Source: Candidatus Omnitrophota bacterium
Lineage (GTDB): Bacteria; Omnitrophota; Gorgyraeia; Aquiviventales; Aquiviventaceae
Direction of reading: 5' to 3'
Assembly: GCA_016206675.1 (NCBI GenBank)
Contig: JACQRD010000067.1
Location: 1-49,614 of the forward strand
Length of the DNA: 49,614 nt
Part shown: piece by piece, positions 42,201-49,614 of the stretch
How positions within the stretch are numbered: the stretch's first letter is position 1
Layout: each line of letters starts with the position of its first letter
Made by a program: the position numbers and the translations under genes
The notes under the pieces: generated by a model
What the model was told of the DNA's origin: nothing
Database searches by the model: none
What the model saw: only the letters and a program-made list of their open reading frames with translations

Positions 42201-44148
42201 GCTTGCGCTTCATGAATTCGTCGAGCATGCCGGAGCCGATCGGGCCGGGCCGAAAGAGCGCGATGACGGAGATGATGTCCTCAAACTGGGTGGGGCGTAT
42301 CTTCTTGAGCAGATCGCGCATCCCCGAGCTTTCCAGCTGGAAGACTCCCATCGTCTCGGCCCGAGCGAGCAGCTGATAGGTGGGCGCGTCATCCAGCGGC
42401 AGCGTCTCGAGGTCGATGGGTGCCGCCCCGCGCTGCTCGGCGAGCTTGACCGCCTCGTCGATGACCGTCAGCGTGCGCAGCCCGAGCATGTCCATCTTGA
42501 GGATGCCGATGTGCTCCAGCGACTTCATGTCGAAGCCGGTGGTGATCTGGCTGTCGTTGCTCTTAAAGAGCGGCGTGTATTCGCTCAGCGGCTTATCGGC
42601 GATGGTAATGCCGGCGGCGTGCGTGGAGGCATGCCGGGTCAGCCCCTCCAGCACGAGGGCGGTATCCATCAGCTGCCGCACCTGCTCATTGGTGCGGTAG
42701 AGGTGGGTCAGCTCCGCCACTTCGGCCAGCGCGCGGGTGAGCGTGATGTCCAGCTCGTTCGGGATCAGCTTCGCCAGGCGGTCCGCCTCGGCGTAGGACA
42801 TCTTCATCACCCGCGCGACGTCCCGCACCACGGCCTTGGCCTGCATGGTGCCAAAGGTGATGATCTGGGCGACGTTCGTCTTGCCGTATTTCTGGATGAC
42901 GTAGTCGATCACTTCGCCGCGGCGCTCATAGCAGAAGTCGATGTCGATGTCCGGCTGGGTGACGCGCTGGGGATTGAGGAAGCGCTCAAAGAGCAGGTCG
43001 TACTTCAGCGGATCGATGTCGGTGATCCCCAGGCAGTAACTGACGAGGCTGCCCGCCGCCGAGCCGCGGCCCGGCCCGACGGGAATGCCGCGTTCCTTGG
43101 CGAAGCGGACGAAGTCCCACACGATCAAGAAGTAGCTGGTGTAGCCGGCTGGCCCGATGACGTCCAGCTCGTGCTTCAACCGCTGCGCAAGCTCCGGCGT
43201 GACGGCGGCGTAGCGGCCCTTCAGCCCCCGCTCGCAGAGCTCCTCGAGATACTGCCCTTGCGTCCGGCCCTGCGGCGGCTCGTAGTGCGGCAGGTGGATC
43301 TTGCCGAACTCCAGCTCCACGTTGCAGCGCTCGGCGATCTCGAGCGTGGCGGAGAGTGCCTGCGGATCCTCGGCAAAGAGCGCTTTCATCTGCTCGGCAG
43401 ATTTCAGATAGAACTCCGGCCGCTCGTAGCGCAGCCGGTTCGGGTCATCCAGCGTGGTCTGCGTCTGGATGGCCATCAACGCGTCGTGCGCCTGCGCATG
43501 GGAGGACTCGATGTAATGGACGTCGTTGGTGGCCACGCACTTCACCCCCGCGTCGGCGGCCAGCTGCCGCAGCAGCGGGCGCACTTTCTCCTCCAGCACC
43601 AAGCCGTGGTTCTGCAGCTCGATGTAGACGTGCTCCTTGCCGAGGATCTGGATGAAATCGTCCAGCTCCTTGCGGGCCAGCTCGAGTTGCTCCTGCGCGA
43701 GGTGGACGTTGAGCACCCCCTTCAGGCAGCTCGTCAGCATGATGAGGCCGTTCTTATGCTGGGCCAGGCTCTCCTTGTCGATGCGCGGCTTGTAGTAGAA
43801 GCCTTCCAGGTAGCTGAGGCTCACCAGCCGCATCAGGTTGGCGTAGCCCTCCTCATCCTTGGCGAGGATCACCAGGTGCGCGTTGGAGTCGCGGATGCCC
43901 GTGCCGGTCTTGTCGAAACGGCTCTTGGGCGCGATGTAGGCCTCGCAGCCGATGATCGGCTTGATCCCATGCTTCATGCAGGCTTCGTAGAATTCGATCG
44001 CGCCGAAGAGGTTGCCGTGGTCGGTCATGGCCAGCGCAGGAAACTTCATGTCCACGGCCCGCTTGATGAGCGGATCGATGCGGCAGGCGCCGTCTAGGAG
44101 GGAGTAGTTGGTGTGCAGGTGCAAGTGGACGAAATCCGCGTGGAGCAT
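39223..44148 (-). CDS. dnaE: DNA polymerase III alpha subunit, interrupted in frame by an intein
   Basis: 1641 aa against about 1160-1180 expected. PHP HLHLHTNYSLLDGA, GPGRGSAAGSLVSYCLGITDIDP, C-terminal OB fold. The conserved FAGYGFNK|SHSAAYA is split by 458 aa. Confidence 0.93.
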   Translation of the reverse strand: MLHADFVHLHLHTNYSLLDGACRIDPLIKRAVDMKFPALAMTDHGNLFGAIEFYEACMKHGIKPIIGCEAYIAPKSRFDKTGTGIRDSNAHLVILAKDEEGYANLMRLVSLSYLEGFYYKPRIDKESLAQHKNGLIMLTSCLKGVLNVHLAQEQLELARKELDDFIQILGKEHVYIELQNHGLVLEEKVRPLLRQLAADAGVKCVATNDVHYIESSHAQAHDALMAIQTQTTLDDPNRLRYERPEFYLKSAEQMKALFAEDPQALSATLEIAERCNVELEFGKIHLPHYEPPQGRTQGQYLEELCERGLKGRYAAVTPELAQRLKHELDVIGPAGYTSYFLIVWDFVRFAKERGIPVGPGRGSAAGSLVSYCLGITDIDPLKYDLLFERFLNPQRVTQPDIDIDFCYERRGEVIDYVIQKYGKTNVAQIITFGTMQAKAVVRDVARVMKMSYAEADRLAKLIPNELDITLTRALAEVAELTHLYRTNEQVRQLMDTALVLEGLTRHASTHAAGITIADKPLSEYTPLFKSNDSQITTGFDMKSLEHIGILKMDMLGLRTLTVIDEAVKLAEQRGAAPIDLETLPLDDAPTYQLLARAETMGVFQLESSGMRDLLKKIRPTQFEDIISVIALFRPGPIGSGMLDEFMKRKHGQISVKYEHPRLEPILKATYGIVVYQEQVMRIASDLGGFSMAQADLLRRAMGKKIADVMEAQRKAFVEGCRKNGVTERVASRTFDLMEHFAGYGFNKCVVGETEILDADTGAVVTVESLHRARRPLRTLSVDEQLRLVKRDVVDVVSNGRKPVFRVTTHLGHEITVTDNHPFLTVEGWKELRDLRAGSFVAVPRHLKTVTARTKHALEPHEIIALAAILSEGNTCHPSGVYVYNNDREFIDDFVAAAQRFPSTVPRVTQRGKLFEVYTGTGLSTVFVKGHAPWNKGRSGYRRAGTHDVSSPVARSGIRQWIESLGLAWVASTEKFVPAVMFEQSEEHLALFLGRLWSGDGYLWGATGTPLPFYATSSRQLAAQVQQLLRRLGIVSSLKSKRFRYRGGIRPGYAVYTSGKEQVLRFIDRVCPHLMGRQAALRGLRRHYECVRDDQTSKDVIPASIKTIVREAKQQAGTTWPELERRSGVSMKEFVGGAHPTKRGFRRSTIQRLAEYFESPELLRYATSDVYWDRIRSIEPCGTAETYDLTIDGTHNFVANGIAVHNSHSAAYAMISFRTAYLKARYPVEFMTALLTSEMGNTDKLVVYLDEAKRMGLTILPPDVNESQAAFTAVDARTIRCGLGVIKNVGMGAIESILQARQASPPAEAASAQAGRFQTMAQLCRHIDLRLANRKVCESLIKAGACDSMGLPRAALLAALDQAMEEATSEQKDLAKGQLTFFDMLAGETPQAGQEPEAATGHARDWPESQKLAFEKELLGFYVSGHPLARYAQSMRLLASATSRQLLHTAEGSVVTVGGMLTKIKRTTTKKTNEQMAVCVLEDLEGEVETLIFPGSYQQLAGQLIPNAVVLVEGRVAMRDDQPRLIAQQIVPMAQGTGKLAQSIEFLVQGAEKQKLEQLKELLARFPGAVPVYLRVEMPGQAPMQLKLSEEFQVDPTPDLLDELIRLLGESAITIKRLPPKPPGGFARPRLSGVGNFSEDDA
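40534..41907 (-). mobile_element. DnaE intein (458 aa) with LAGLIDADG-type homing endonuclease domain
   Basis: Residues 748-1205. Cys1 (CVVGETEIL), block B TVTDNHPF, C-terminal FVANGIAVHN followed by Ser+1. Two LAGLIDADG-like motifs: ALAAILSEGN and ALFLGRLWSGDGY. Boundary codons checked in the DNA (TGC at 41905-41907, AAT at 40534-40536). Confidence 0.85.
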
Positions 44149-44164
44149 GAAATCAGTGTAGCAA

Positions 44165-44283
44165 GGGTTACAAGTGGTTACTAGAAGTTACTAAAAGTTA
44201 CCAGCGGTTACCGGTAACCGATAGCAACATCATGCCACTTCACCATAGTCGTAACCGATGGTAACTGTTTGTAACCGTTACAA
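44165..44283. repeat. 10-nt-phased GGTTAC / GTAACC repeat array with central palindrome
   Basis: GTTAC starts at 44167, 44177, 44187, 44197 and 44207. Palindrome GGTTACCGGTAACC at 44206-44219. GTAAC starts at 44251, 44261 and 44271. 44187-44211 is complementary to 44251-44275 with 3 mismatches. Confidence 0.85.
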
Positions 44284-45321
44284 GCGGTTGATGCGATGAA
44301 TGAGCTGGATCAGGCGCCCGAAATCCTTGCGGTTGAACTTCAAGATCAGCCGCGGCAACTGTGCGAGCTGCGGCTCATCCGCTTCCTCCGCCAGCGCGTT
44401 GCCCTGACGGATGGGGCCGACGGTGAGGATGTCGCTGAACTCTTCCGACAGCCGCCCAAGCGCCGCGTCGGGAATGCGCTGCTGCAGCCGCATGACGAGC
44501 TTCTCCCCCACGTAGCGGATGGAGTGGTAGACGCGGTAGAACTGCACGATTTGCCGCGCCGCGTCCTCCGCGGAGCGCGCCGCCTGGTAGATGGACCGGT
44601 CGCTCGAAGAGATCATGCCGCGCTGCACCAGCCGCTCCTCGAAGAACTTGAGCATCGGCCGCCAGAACGTCCCCCGGGGGCTATCGACGAACACAATCGG
44701 TCGCGGGTCGGACTTGCCGGTCTGCACCAGCGTCAGCGACTCGAAGCCCTCATCGAGCGTGCCGAAGCCGCCGGGAAACAGCGCGGTGGCGTGCGACTCC
44801 TTGATGAAGAGCAGCTTGCGCGTGAAGAAATACTTGCAGGTGATGAGCTTCTGGTCTTGCGCGATGACCGGGTTGGCCCCCTGCTCAAACGGCAGGCGGA
44901 TGTTCAGCCCCACACTGGCCTCGCGTCCGGCGCCCTCATGCCCCGCCCCCATGATGCCGCTGGCCGCCCCCGTGATCACCATCCACTTCGCCTGGGCCAT
45001 GCGGCTTCCGAACTCCTTGCCCATGGCGTAGGCCGGATGCTGCCGGTGCAGGCGGGCTGAGCCGAACATCGCCACCTTGCGGATGGTGCGGTAGGGCCGC
45101 AGGATCTTGAAGGCGTAGCGCAGCTCCTTGATCGCGGCGTTGATGAGCTTCAGATCGCCGGTGGAGGCCCGATCCTGCCCCAGACGGTAGGCCGACACCA
45201 CCAGCTCGCTTAAGAGCCGCCGGTCGAACTCATCCGGAAAGCCGGCCATCAGCGCGGCGATCTGGGCGTCAACGGCGGCGTTGTGCGTCGTGTACAGCCG
45301 CGGCTCGGGGGGCTGCGGCAT
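44278..45321 (-). CDS. LOG / TIGR00730 family protein (nucleotide 5'-monophosphate nucleosidase-like) with extensions
   Basis: ATG 45321 (MPQPPEPRLY), 1-nt TGATG overlap with the upstream stop. VAMFGSARL and PGGFGTLDE motifs. Confidence 0.78.
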   Translation of the reverse strand: MPQPPEPRLYTTHNAAVDAQIAALMAGFPDEFDRRLLSELVVSAYRLGQDRASTGDLKLINAAIKELRYAFKILRPYRTIRKVAMFGSARLHRQHPAYAMGKEFGSRMAQAKWMVITGAASGIMGAGHEGAGREASVGLNIRLPFEQGANPVIAQDQKLITCKYFFTRKLLFIKESHATALFPGGFGTLDEGFESLTLVQTGKSDPRPIVFVDSPRGTFWRPMLKFFEERLVQRGMISSSDRSIYQAARSAEDAARQIVQFYRVYHSIRYVGEKLVMRLQQRIPDAALGRLSEEFSDILTVGPIRQGNALAEEADEPQLAQLPRLILKFNRKDFGRLIQLIHRINRL

Positions 45322-46463
45322 CAGAAGCGCGCCACCCACCAATTCAGGAGCAGCCCCACCGCCAAGACCATCGGGATCGTCACCGCCAGCAGCCACACCA
45401 CCGTCCGGCGGCCGATGTTCAGCCACAGCGCCCCGAGCTCGGTATAGTCGGTCACGACGCCGGCCATCAGGAAGGCGAAGCTGTTGCCGAAGGCGCCAGT
45501 TTGCCGGTACAACTCGAAGGCCAGCGGTGCGGTTCCTTCGGAGCAGACTTCAATGATGGCCGCCAGCAGCAGCGTGAGCAGCAACCCCCCGACCGAGGGA
45601 CCGAGCCACTGGCTGGAGACATGGTGCGGGATGAACGCGCCGGAGAGCGCGCTCAGCACCAATCCCAGCTGCACCCAGCCGAGCACCATCCGCCCCAGCG
45701 GAATCATGCCCTCCAGCACGCCGTGCGCGTCATCGGCCATCCGCCCCGCCGACCAGCGGTAGGCCTTCCACCGGCGGCGCATGTCCTTGCGGATCGAAAA
45801 GTGTTCCGGGACGACCGACGTGTTCCGGTTCGACTCGATCAACCCCTTGGCCGCGAGCCGCTGGAAGATCAACCCAGTCAAAAACGCGATGAGCAGCGCC
45901 GCCGCCATGATGATGAAGCCCTTGACACCGAAGAGGCTCAGGAGAATGAGCGTCAGCGACATGCTCGCCCAGGGGCTGGCGAGCAAGAAGCTGACCACCG
46001 CCGGCACCGAGGCGCCTTTGCGGAAGAGCTCCAGCGACAGCGCCAGGCATCCGTGGCTGCAGCTCGAAGCGAGAAACCCCAGGAGGGTGGCGCGGGCGAT
46101 CACCCGCTTGCGCGCGCCGGTGAGCATCTTCACAATATACTCCTTCGGAATAAAGCGATCCACCACGCCGCCGATGAGCAGCCCCAGCAGCATCGGCCCG
46201 GCCACGGTCTTCAGATAGCCGGCGTAGATGGCGCTGACGCGTTCGGTCGCCGGCAGCCACGCCCCCAGGGTGGCCATGAGCACGCCTGAGAGCGGCACCC
46301 AGATCCATGGATCGCACCACCATGCCATTCTCCCCATCTGGACGACCGCGATGGTCGTCTGGGCCGCGCGCTGGTCGAAGACCTTGATGCAGCGCTGGCT
46401 GCAAAACCAGTGGCCGGCGTGCTCGATCGTGCCGGTCATCCCACAAATTGGATCTTTCCTCAT
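45321..46463 (-). CDS. YHS/TRASH-like metal-binding domain fused to a multi-TM permease (DUF318/ArsP-like)
   Basis: N-terminal DPICGMTGTIEHAGHWFCSQRC, then about 8 hydrophobic helices including ASSCSHGC. Confidence 0.62.
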   Translation of the reverse strand: MRKDPICGMTGTIEHAGHWFCSQRCIKVFDQRAAQTTIAVVQMGRMAWWCDPWIWVPLSGVLMATLGAWLPATERVSAIYAGYLKTVAGPMLLGLLIGGVVDRFIPKEYIVKMLTGARKRVIARATLLGFLASSCSHGCLALSLELFRKGASVPAVVSFLLASPWASMSLTLILLSLFGVKGFIIMAAALLIAFLTGLIFQRLAAKGLIESNRNTSVVPEHFSIRKDMRRRWKAYRWSAGRMADDAHGVLEGMIPLGRMVLGWVQLGLVLSALSGAFIPHHVSSQWLGPSVGGLLLTLLLAAIIEVCSEGTAPLAFELYRQTGAFGNSFAFLMAGVVTDYTELGALWLNIGRRTVVWLLAVTIPMVLAVGLLLNWWVARF

Positions 46464-46470
46464 GTCCGTC

Positions 46471-46575
46471 TATCGTCGTTCGTTTGTCGGTAACGTAGCC
46501 CGTATCGTTGTTCGGTGACGTCTCACGTAACCGATAACCGAAACGGGCAACGTCACCGATGACCGAACACCGTCA
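46471..46575 (-). repeat. imperfect hairpin of about 105 nt built from short repeats (CGGTRAC / GTYACCG)
   Basis: Left arm 46471-46521, loop 46522-46524, right arm 46525-46575. About three quarters of positions are complementary by hand alignment. The right arm ends in the pyk stop codon; the left arm ends 8 nt from the permease ATG. Confidence 0.75.
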
Positions 46576-47610
46576 CCGCGTTCTACGAACGCCGCGGTAG
46601 GGGGCGTGCCGCTCGATATGCTCGATGATCAGGCGCATCATCCGCACCGTTTCCACCGGATACCGGCCGGTGGCGGTCTCGCCGGAGAGCATGACGAAAT
46701 CCGAGCCGTCGATGACGGCGTTGGCCACGTCGCTGACCTCGGCGCGCGTCGGCTGGCGGTGGTCGATCATGTGCTCCAGCATCTGCGTGGCGGTGATGGC
46801 GGGCTTCTTGTGGTGGTTGCAGGCGGCGATCATCCACTTCTGCAGGATCGGAATCTCGTAGATCGGCACCGAGATGCCCAGATCGCCGCGCGCGACCATG
46901 ATGCCGTCGCAGGCGCGCAGAATCGCCGCGAAGTTCCGGATGCCCTCGCGGTTTTCGATCTTTGCGAGCACCTTGCAGTGCGGCAGGCGCGCGCGCAGCC
47001 GGCGCTTGACCGCCTCCACATCCGCCGCGTTGCGCACGAAGGACTGTGCGACGTAGTCGATCTTGTGGTTGATGGCGAAGTCCAGATCCTGGATGTCCTT
47101 CGTGCTGATCGGCGGAAACTCCAGAGGAGCACCGGGGATGTTCACGCCCTTGCGCTCCCCCAGCCGCCCCTCCTGAATGACGATCGTATCCAAGCGGTCG
47201 TGGGAGCTGCGCAGGATCTTCAAGTGGATATTGCCGTCCTCAATGAAGATCAGCTGCCCGGACCGGATCTGCTTGAAAGAGCCGGGGTAATCCATCGAGA
47301 CGCCCCGGCGCGAGCCCGGCACCAGCACCCGGTAGAGCGCAAACTGCTGCCCGGTCTGCAGCATCACGGGACGTCCGCCGGCCAGATGCCCCGTGCGGAT
47401 GCGATGGCCGGCCAAATCCTGCAGGATGCCGATGTGGCGGCCTACGCGCTGCTGCACCTTGCGGACGCGCTCCAGCATCCGCTCATGGCTCTCCATGGTG
47501 CCGTGGGAGAAGTTGAAGCGGAAGATGCACACGCCCTCTTTCACCAGCGCCGCCAGGACGTGCGGCCGGGCGCAGGCCGGCCCGATCGTGGCGATGATGC
47601 GCGTTCTCAT
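46573..47610 (-). CDS. pyk: pyruvate kinase, A+B domains only (no C-terminal domain)
   Basis: ATG 47610 ([12 protein letters not shown]) in an ATGA overlap with the upstream stop. [30 protein letters not shown] present. The protein ends at 345 aa. Confidence 0.85.
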   Translation of the reverse strand: MRTRIIATIGPACARPHVLAALVKEGVCIFRFNFSHGTMESHERMLERVRKVQQRVGRHIGILQDLAGHRIRTGHLAGGRPVMLQTGQQFALYRVLVPGSRRGVSMDYPGSFKQIRSGQLIFIEDGNIHLKILRSSHDRLDTIVIQEGRLGERKGVNIPGAPLEFPPISTKDIQDLDFAINHKIDYVAQSFVRNAADVEAVKRRLRARLPHCKVLAKIENREGIRNFAAILRACDGIMVARGDLGISVPIYEIPILQKWMIAACNHHKKPAITATQMLEHMIDHRQPTRAEVSDVANAVIDGSDFVMLSGETATGRYPVETVRMMRLIIEHIERHAPYRGVRRTR

Positions 47611-48221
47611 GGAGTCCGGGCAGGCCCGAAGCGATCGGCGTCGGGTGTTCGCTGCGGCGGCTCGGCCCGGATCGGAAGCGAGGCGCTCAATTCGGCCGAT
47701 CCTGGAATGCACACGTCATGGCAGGCCAACCATTCGACCTTGGCCTGCAGCGGCAGCGGGTTATCTACGCGCTCCTTCCCTGTGACATGCAGCCGGCTGG
47801 AGAGCAGCACCTCGCCGCGATACCCGCGCGTGTGGATCTCTCCGGGGTCGACAAACTCCTCGGCCGGCGGCCACTCGAGGGGGCCGAAGATCTCTCCGCC
47901 GGCCCGCCGCCACGTCACTTTCGTCGGCATGCCGGCATCACCCGGCTCTTGCGCATAGATGTGCCAGCCGTCCTTGATTGTGAACAGCACGCCGACTCTG
48001 GTATCGCCCGGCAGCTGAACCGAGGCGTGCTCTGTCATCAGCTCAGCCGTCACTGGCTGCTCCTTCGGCGCAGCAAACTGCACATTCGGCCGTTGTTGTT
48101 CCGCCTGGCTGGGTTTCGCTCCGCACCCCAGCATCGCCGTAATCGCCACCGCTCCGATAAAGAGGTGCGCTCTCCGGCCTTTGCTGTCTGCTGTTTGCTG
48201 TCTGCTGTTTGCTAAAGTCAT
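47607..48221 (-). CDS. lipoprotein with DsbD N-terminal-like (DsbC/PF11412-like) domain
   Basis: ATG 48221 in an ATGA overlap with the guaA stop. Lipobox [27 protein letters not shown]...[11 protein letters not shown] resembles the thiol:disulfide interchange DsbD-N fold. Confidence 0.55.
   Translation of the reverse strand: MTLANSRQQTADSKGRRAHLFIGAVAITAMLGCGAKPSQAEQQRPNVQFAAPKEQPVTAELMTEHASVQLPGDTRVGVLFTIKDGWHIYAQEPGDAGMPTKVTWRRAGGEIFGPLEWPPAEEFVDPGEIHTRGYRGEVLLSSRLHVTGKERVDNPLPLQAKVEWLACHDVCIPGSAELSASLPIRAEPPQRTPDADRFGPARTP
48181..48213 (-). repeat. tandem heptamers (plus strand: TTGCTGT CTGCTGT x2.5) inside the first 14 codons of the lipoprotein gene
   Basis: Minus sense reads AGCAAAC AGCAGAC AGCAAAC AGCAGAC AGCAA, the same unit family as one arm of the 27329-27402 hairpin. 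No complementary arm nearby. Confidence 0.8.
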
Positions 48222-49614
48222 TCCCACTCAATTGTCGCTGGGGGCTTTGAGGAAATATCGTACACCACACGATTCACGCCTTTGACTTCATTGATGATGC
48301 GATTTGAGATGCGCCCCAGCAGCTCCGGCGGCAGCTTGGCCCAGTCGGCGGTCATCGCGTCCTGGCTGGTGACGGCGCGGATGGCGATGACGTGCTCGTA
48401 GGTGCGCTCATCTCCCATCACCCCCACGGTTTTCACCGGCAGCAGCACCGCGAAGGCCTGCCAGAGCTTGCGGTAGAGGCCGGCGCGGCGGATCTCCTTC
48501 ACGATGCGCTCATCCGCCTCGCGCACCATCCGTAGCCGCTCGGGAGTGACCTCCCCAAGAATGCGCACCGCCATCCCTGGCCCTGGGAACGGATGGCGCA
48601 GCAGGACCTCTTCGGAGAGGCCGAGCAGCCGGCCCAATTCCCTCACTTCATCCTTGAACAGGTCGCGCAGCGGCTCTACGAGCTTCAAGTGCATCCGCTT
48701 GGGCAGCCCGCCGACGTTGTGGTGGGTCTTGATGGTGGCGGAGGGCCCGCCCCAGGCCGAGACGCTTTCGATCACGTCCGGATAGAGCGTGCCTTGGGCC
48801 AGAAACCGCACGCCGGAAATCTTCTTGGCCTCCGCCTCGAAGACGGCGATAAACTCCCGTCCGATGATCTTGCGCTTCTGCTCCGGGTCGGTGACCCCTT
48901 TCAGCCGGCCGAGAAAGCGCGCGGAGGCGTTGACGACCTTGAGGTTGAGATGGAAGTGGCGCCCGAACATGTCCTCCACCTGCCCGCGCTCGCCGCTGCG
49001 CAGCAGGCCGTTGTCCACGAAGAGGCAGGTCAGCTGCCGGCCGATGGCCCGGTGCAGCAGCAGGGCGGCCACCGAGGAGTCGACCCCGCCGCTTAAGCCC
49101 AGCACCACCCGCCCGCGCCCCACCTTCTGCCGGATGCGCGCCTCGGCTTCCTTGATGAAGGAGCGCATCGTCCACTCCCCGCGGCAGCCGCAGATGCGAA
49201 AGAGGAAGTTCTTCAGGATCGCCGTGCCCTGCTCGGTGTGGGCCACCTCGGGATGGAACTGCAGGCCGTAGAGCCGGCGCTTGGGATCGGCCATGGCGGC
49301 CGCTTCGGTATTGTCAGTGCGAGCGCTGACCGCGAAACCCGCAGGCACGCGGGCGACCAAGTCGCCGTGGCTCATCCAGGAGACGAACGACCGCCGCATG
49401 CCGTTGAAGAGGCCATCCGGCTTGCCGACGGTCAACACCGCCTTGCCGTACTCGCGCTTGGGCGAGCGCTCCACCCGCCCGCCGAGCCGGTAGGCCATGG
49501 CCTGCATGCCGTAGCAGATGCCGAGGGTGGGGATGCCCGCCTTGAAGATGTCGCGCGAGGGCAGCGGCGCGTGGGGCTGGTAGACGCTGTTGGGGCCGCC
49601 GGAGAGGATCAACC
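48218..49614 (-). CDS. guaA: GMP synthase (glutamine-hydrolysing), N-terminus outside window
   Basis: GATase remnant [10 protein letters not shown]...GICYGMQ, PP-loop [16 protein letters not shown]-terminal ...[14 protein letters not shown]. Confidence 0.92.
   Translation of the reverse strand, partial: LILSGGPNSVYQPHAPLPSRDIFKAGIPTLGICYGMQAMAYRLGGRVERSPKREYGKAVLTVGKPDGLFNGMRRSFVSWMSHGDLVARVPAGFAVSARTDNTEAAAMADPKRRLYGLQFHPEVAHTEQGTAILKNFLFRICGCRGEWTMRSFIKEAEARIRQKVGRGRVVLGLSGGVDSSVAALLLHRAIGRQLTCLFVDNGLLRSGERGQVEDMFGRHFHLNLKVVNASARFLGRLKGVTDPEQKRKIIGREFIAVFEAEAKKISGVRFLAQGTLYPDVIESVSAWGGPSATIKTHHNVGGLPKRMHLKLVEPLRDLFKDEVRELGRLLGLSEEVLLRHPFPGPGMAVRILGEVTPERLRMVREADERIVKEIRRAGLYRKLWQAFAVLLPVKTVGVMGDERTYEHVIAIRAVTSQDAMTADWAKLPPELLGRISNRIINEVKGVNRVVYDISSKPPATIEWE

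Noticed and set aside
44165-44283. Phased GGTTAC array considered as a replication origin or DnaA-box cluster next to dnaE.
   Set aside because: There are no TTATCCACA-like boxes, no AT-rich unwinding element and no dnaA/dnaN nearby. The array resembles the other boundary repeats.

Overview
High-GC (by eye about 60-65%, not computed) bacterial chromosomal segment, over 90% coding. I found no rRNA, CRISPR array, transposase, integrase or recognisable defence genes.

Gene layout: two long co-directional arrays.
- Plus strand, 1-18308: GDPD fragment; cNMP-binding/patatin lipase; thiolase, 3-hydroxyacyl-CoA dehydrogenase, enoyl-CoA hydratase, 2-hydroxyacid dehydrogenase, acyl-CoA dehydrogenase, acyl-CoA synthetase; hydrolase-TPR-peptidase fusion; PolX; era; NUDIX; yqeY; ferredoxin; CsaA-like protein; alpha/beta hydrolase.
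- Minus strand, 49614 down to 18358: guaA, DsbD-N-like lipoprotein, short pyk, YHS-permease, LOG, dnaE carrying an intein, HU/IHF, hisS, aspS without the GAD insertion, LysM lipoprotein, phoH, ybeY, recO, glyQ, glyS, ppdK, sigma-70 factor, tRNA-Arg(CCU), porin-like OMP, GH57, inositol-3-phosphate synthase, CPBP protease, two paralogous small secreted proteins, DUF3108-like protein. One small membrane-protein gene (19595-19876) is encoded on the plus strand within this region.

The gene content is mostly housekeeping. The unusual part is the non-coding DNA: most intergenic gaps longer than about 40 nt hold a structured repeat of one of three kinds.
1. Three palindromic junction elements of 132-144 nt. 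Their 17-bp terminal inverted repeats contain the stop codon of the upstream gene and the start codon of the downstream gene (ATGA-TCCCACCACCTGC ... GCAGGTGGTGGG-ATGA). The arms show compensatory changes, and all three share a closing stem plus three internal hairpins.
2. A GC-rich palindromic element of about 111 nt, present as two full copies and one partial copy, always in the sense orientation of the surrounding operon.
3. About ten tandem-repeat arrays built from heptamer units (decamer once), most followed by the inverted array to give a hairpin. Several run into coding sequence and supply stop codons, start codons and peptide tails.

I regard (1) as the best candidate for something undescribed: a junction-targeting miniature element, a long-range translational-coupling RNA structure, or both.

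Other notable points: a DnaE intein with a LAGLIDADG endonuclease and Ser+1, a bacterial-type AspRS without the GAD domain, a pyruvate kinase without the C-domain, an NTE-like cNMP/patatin fusion, and a tRNA that starts 1 nt after a sigma-factor stop codon.

All calls come from reading the sequence and translations by eye. No database search or folding program was available.
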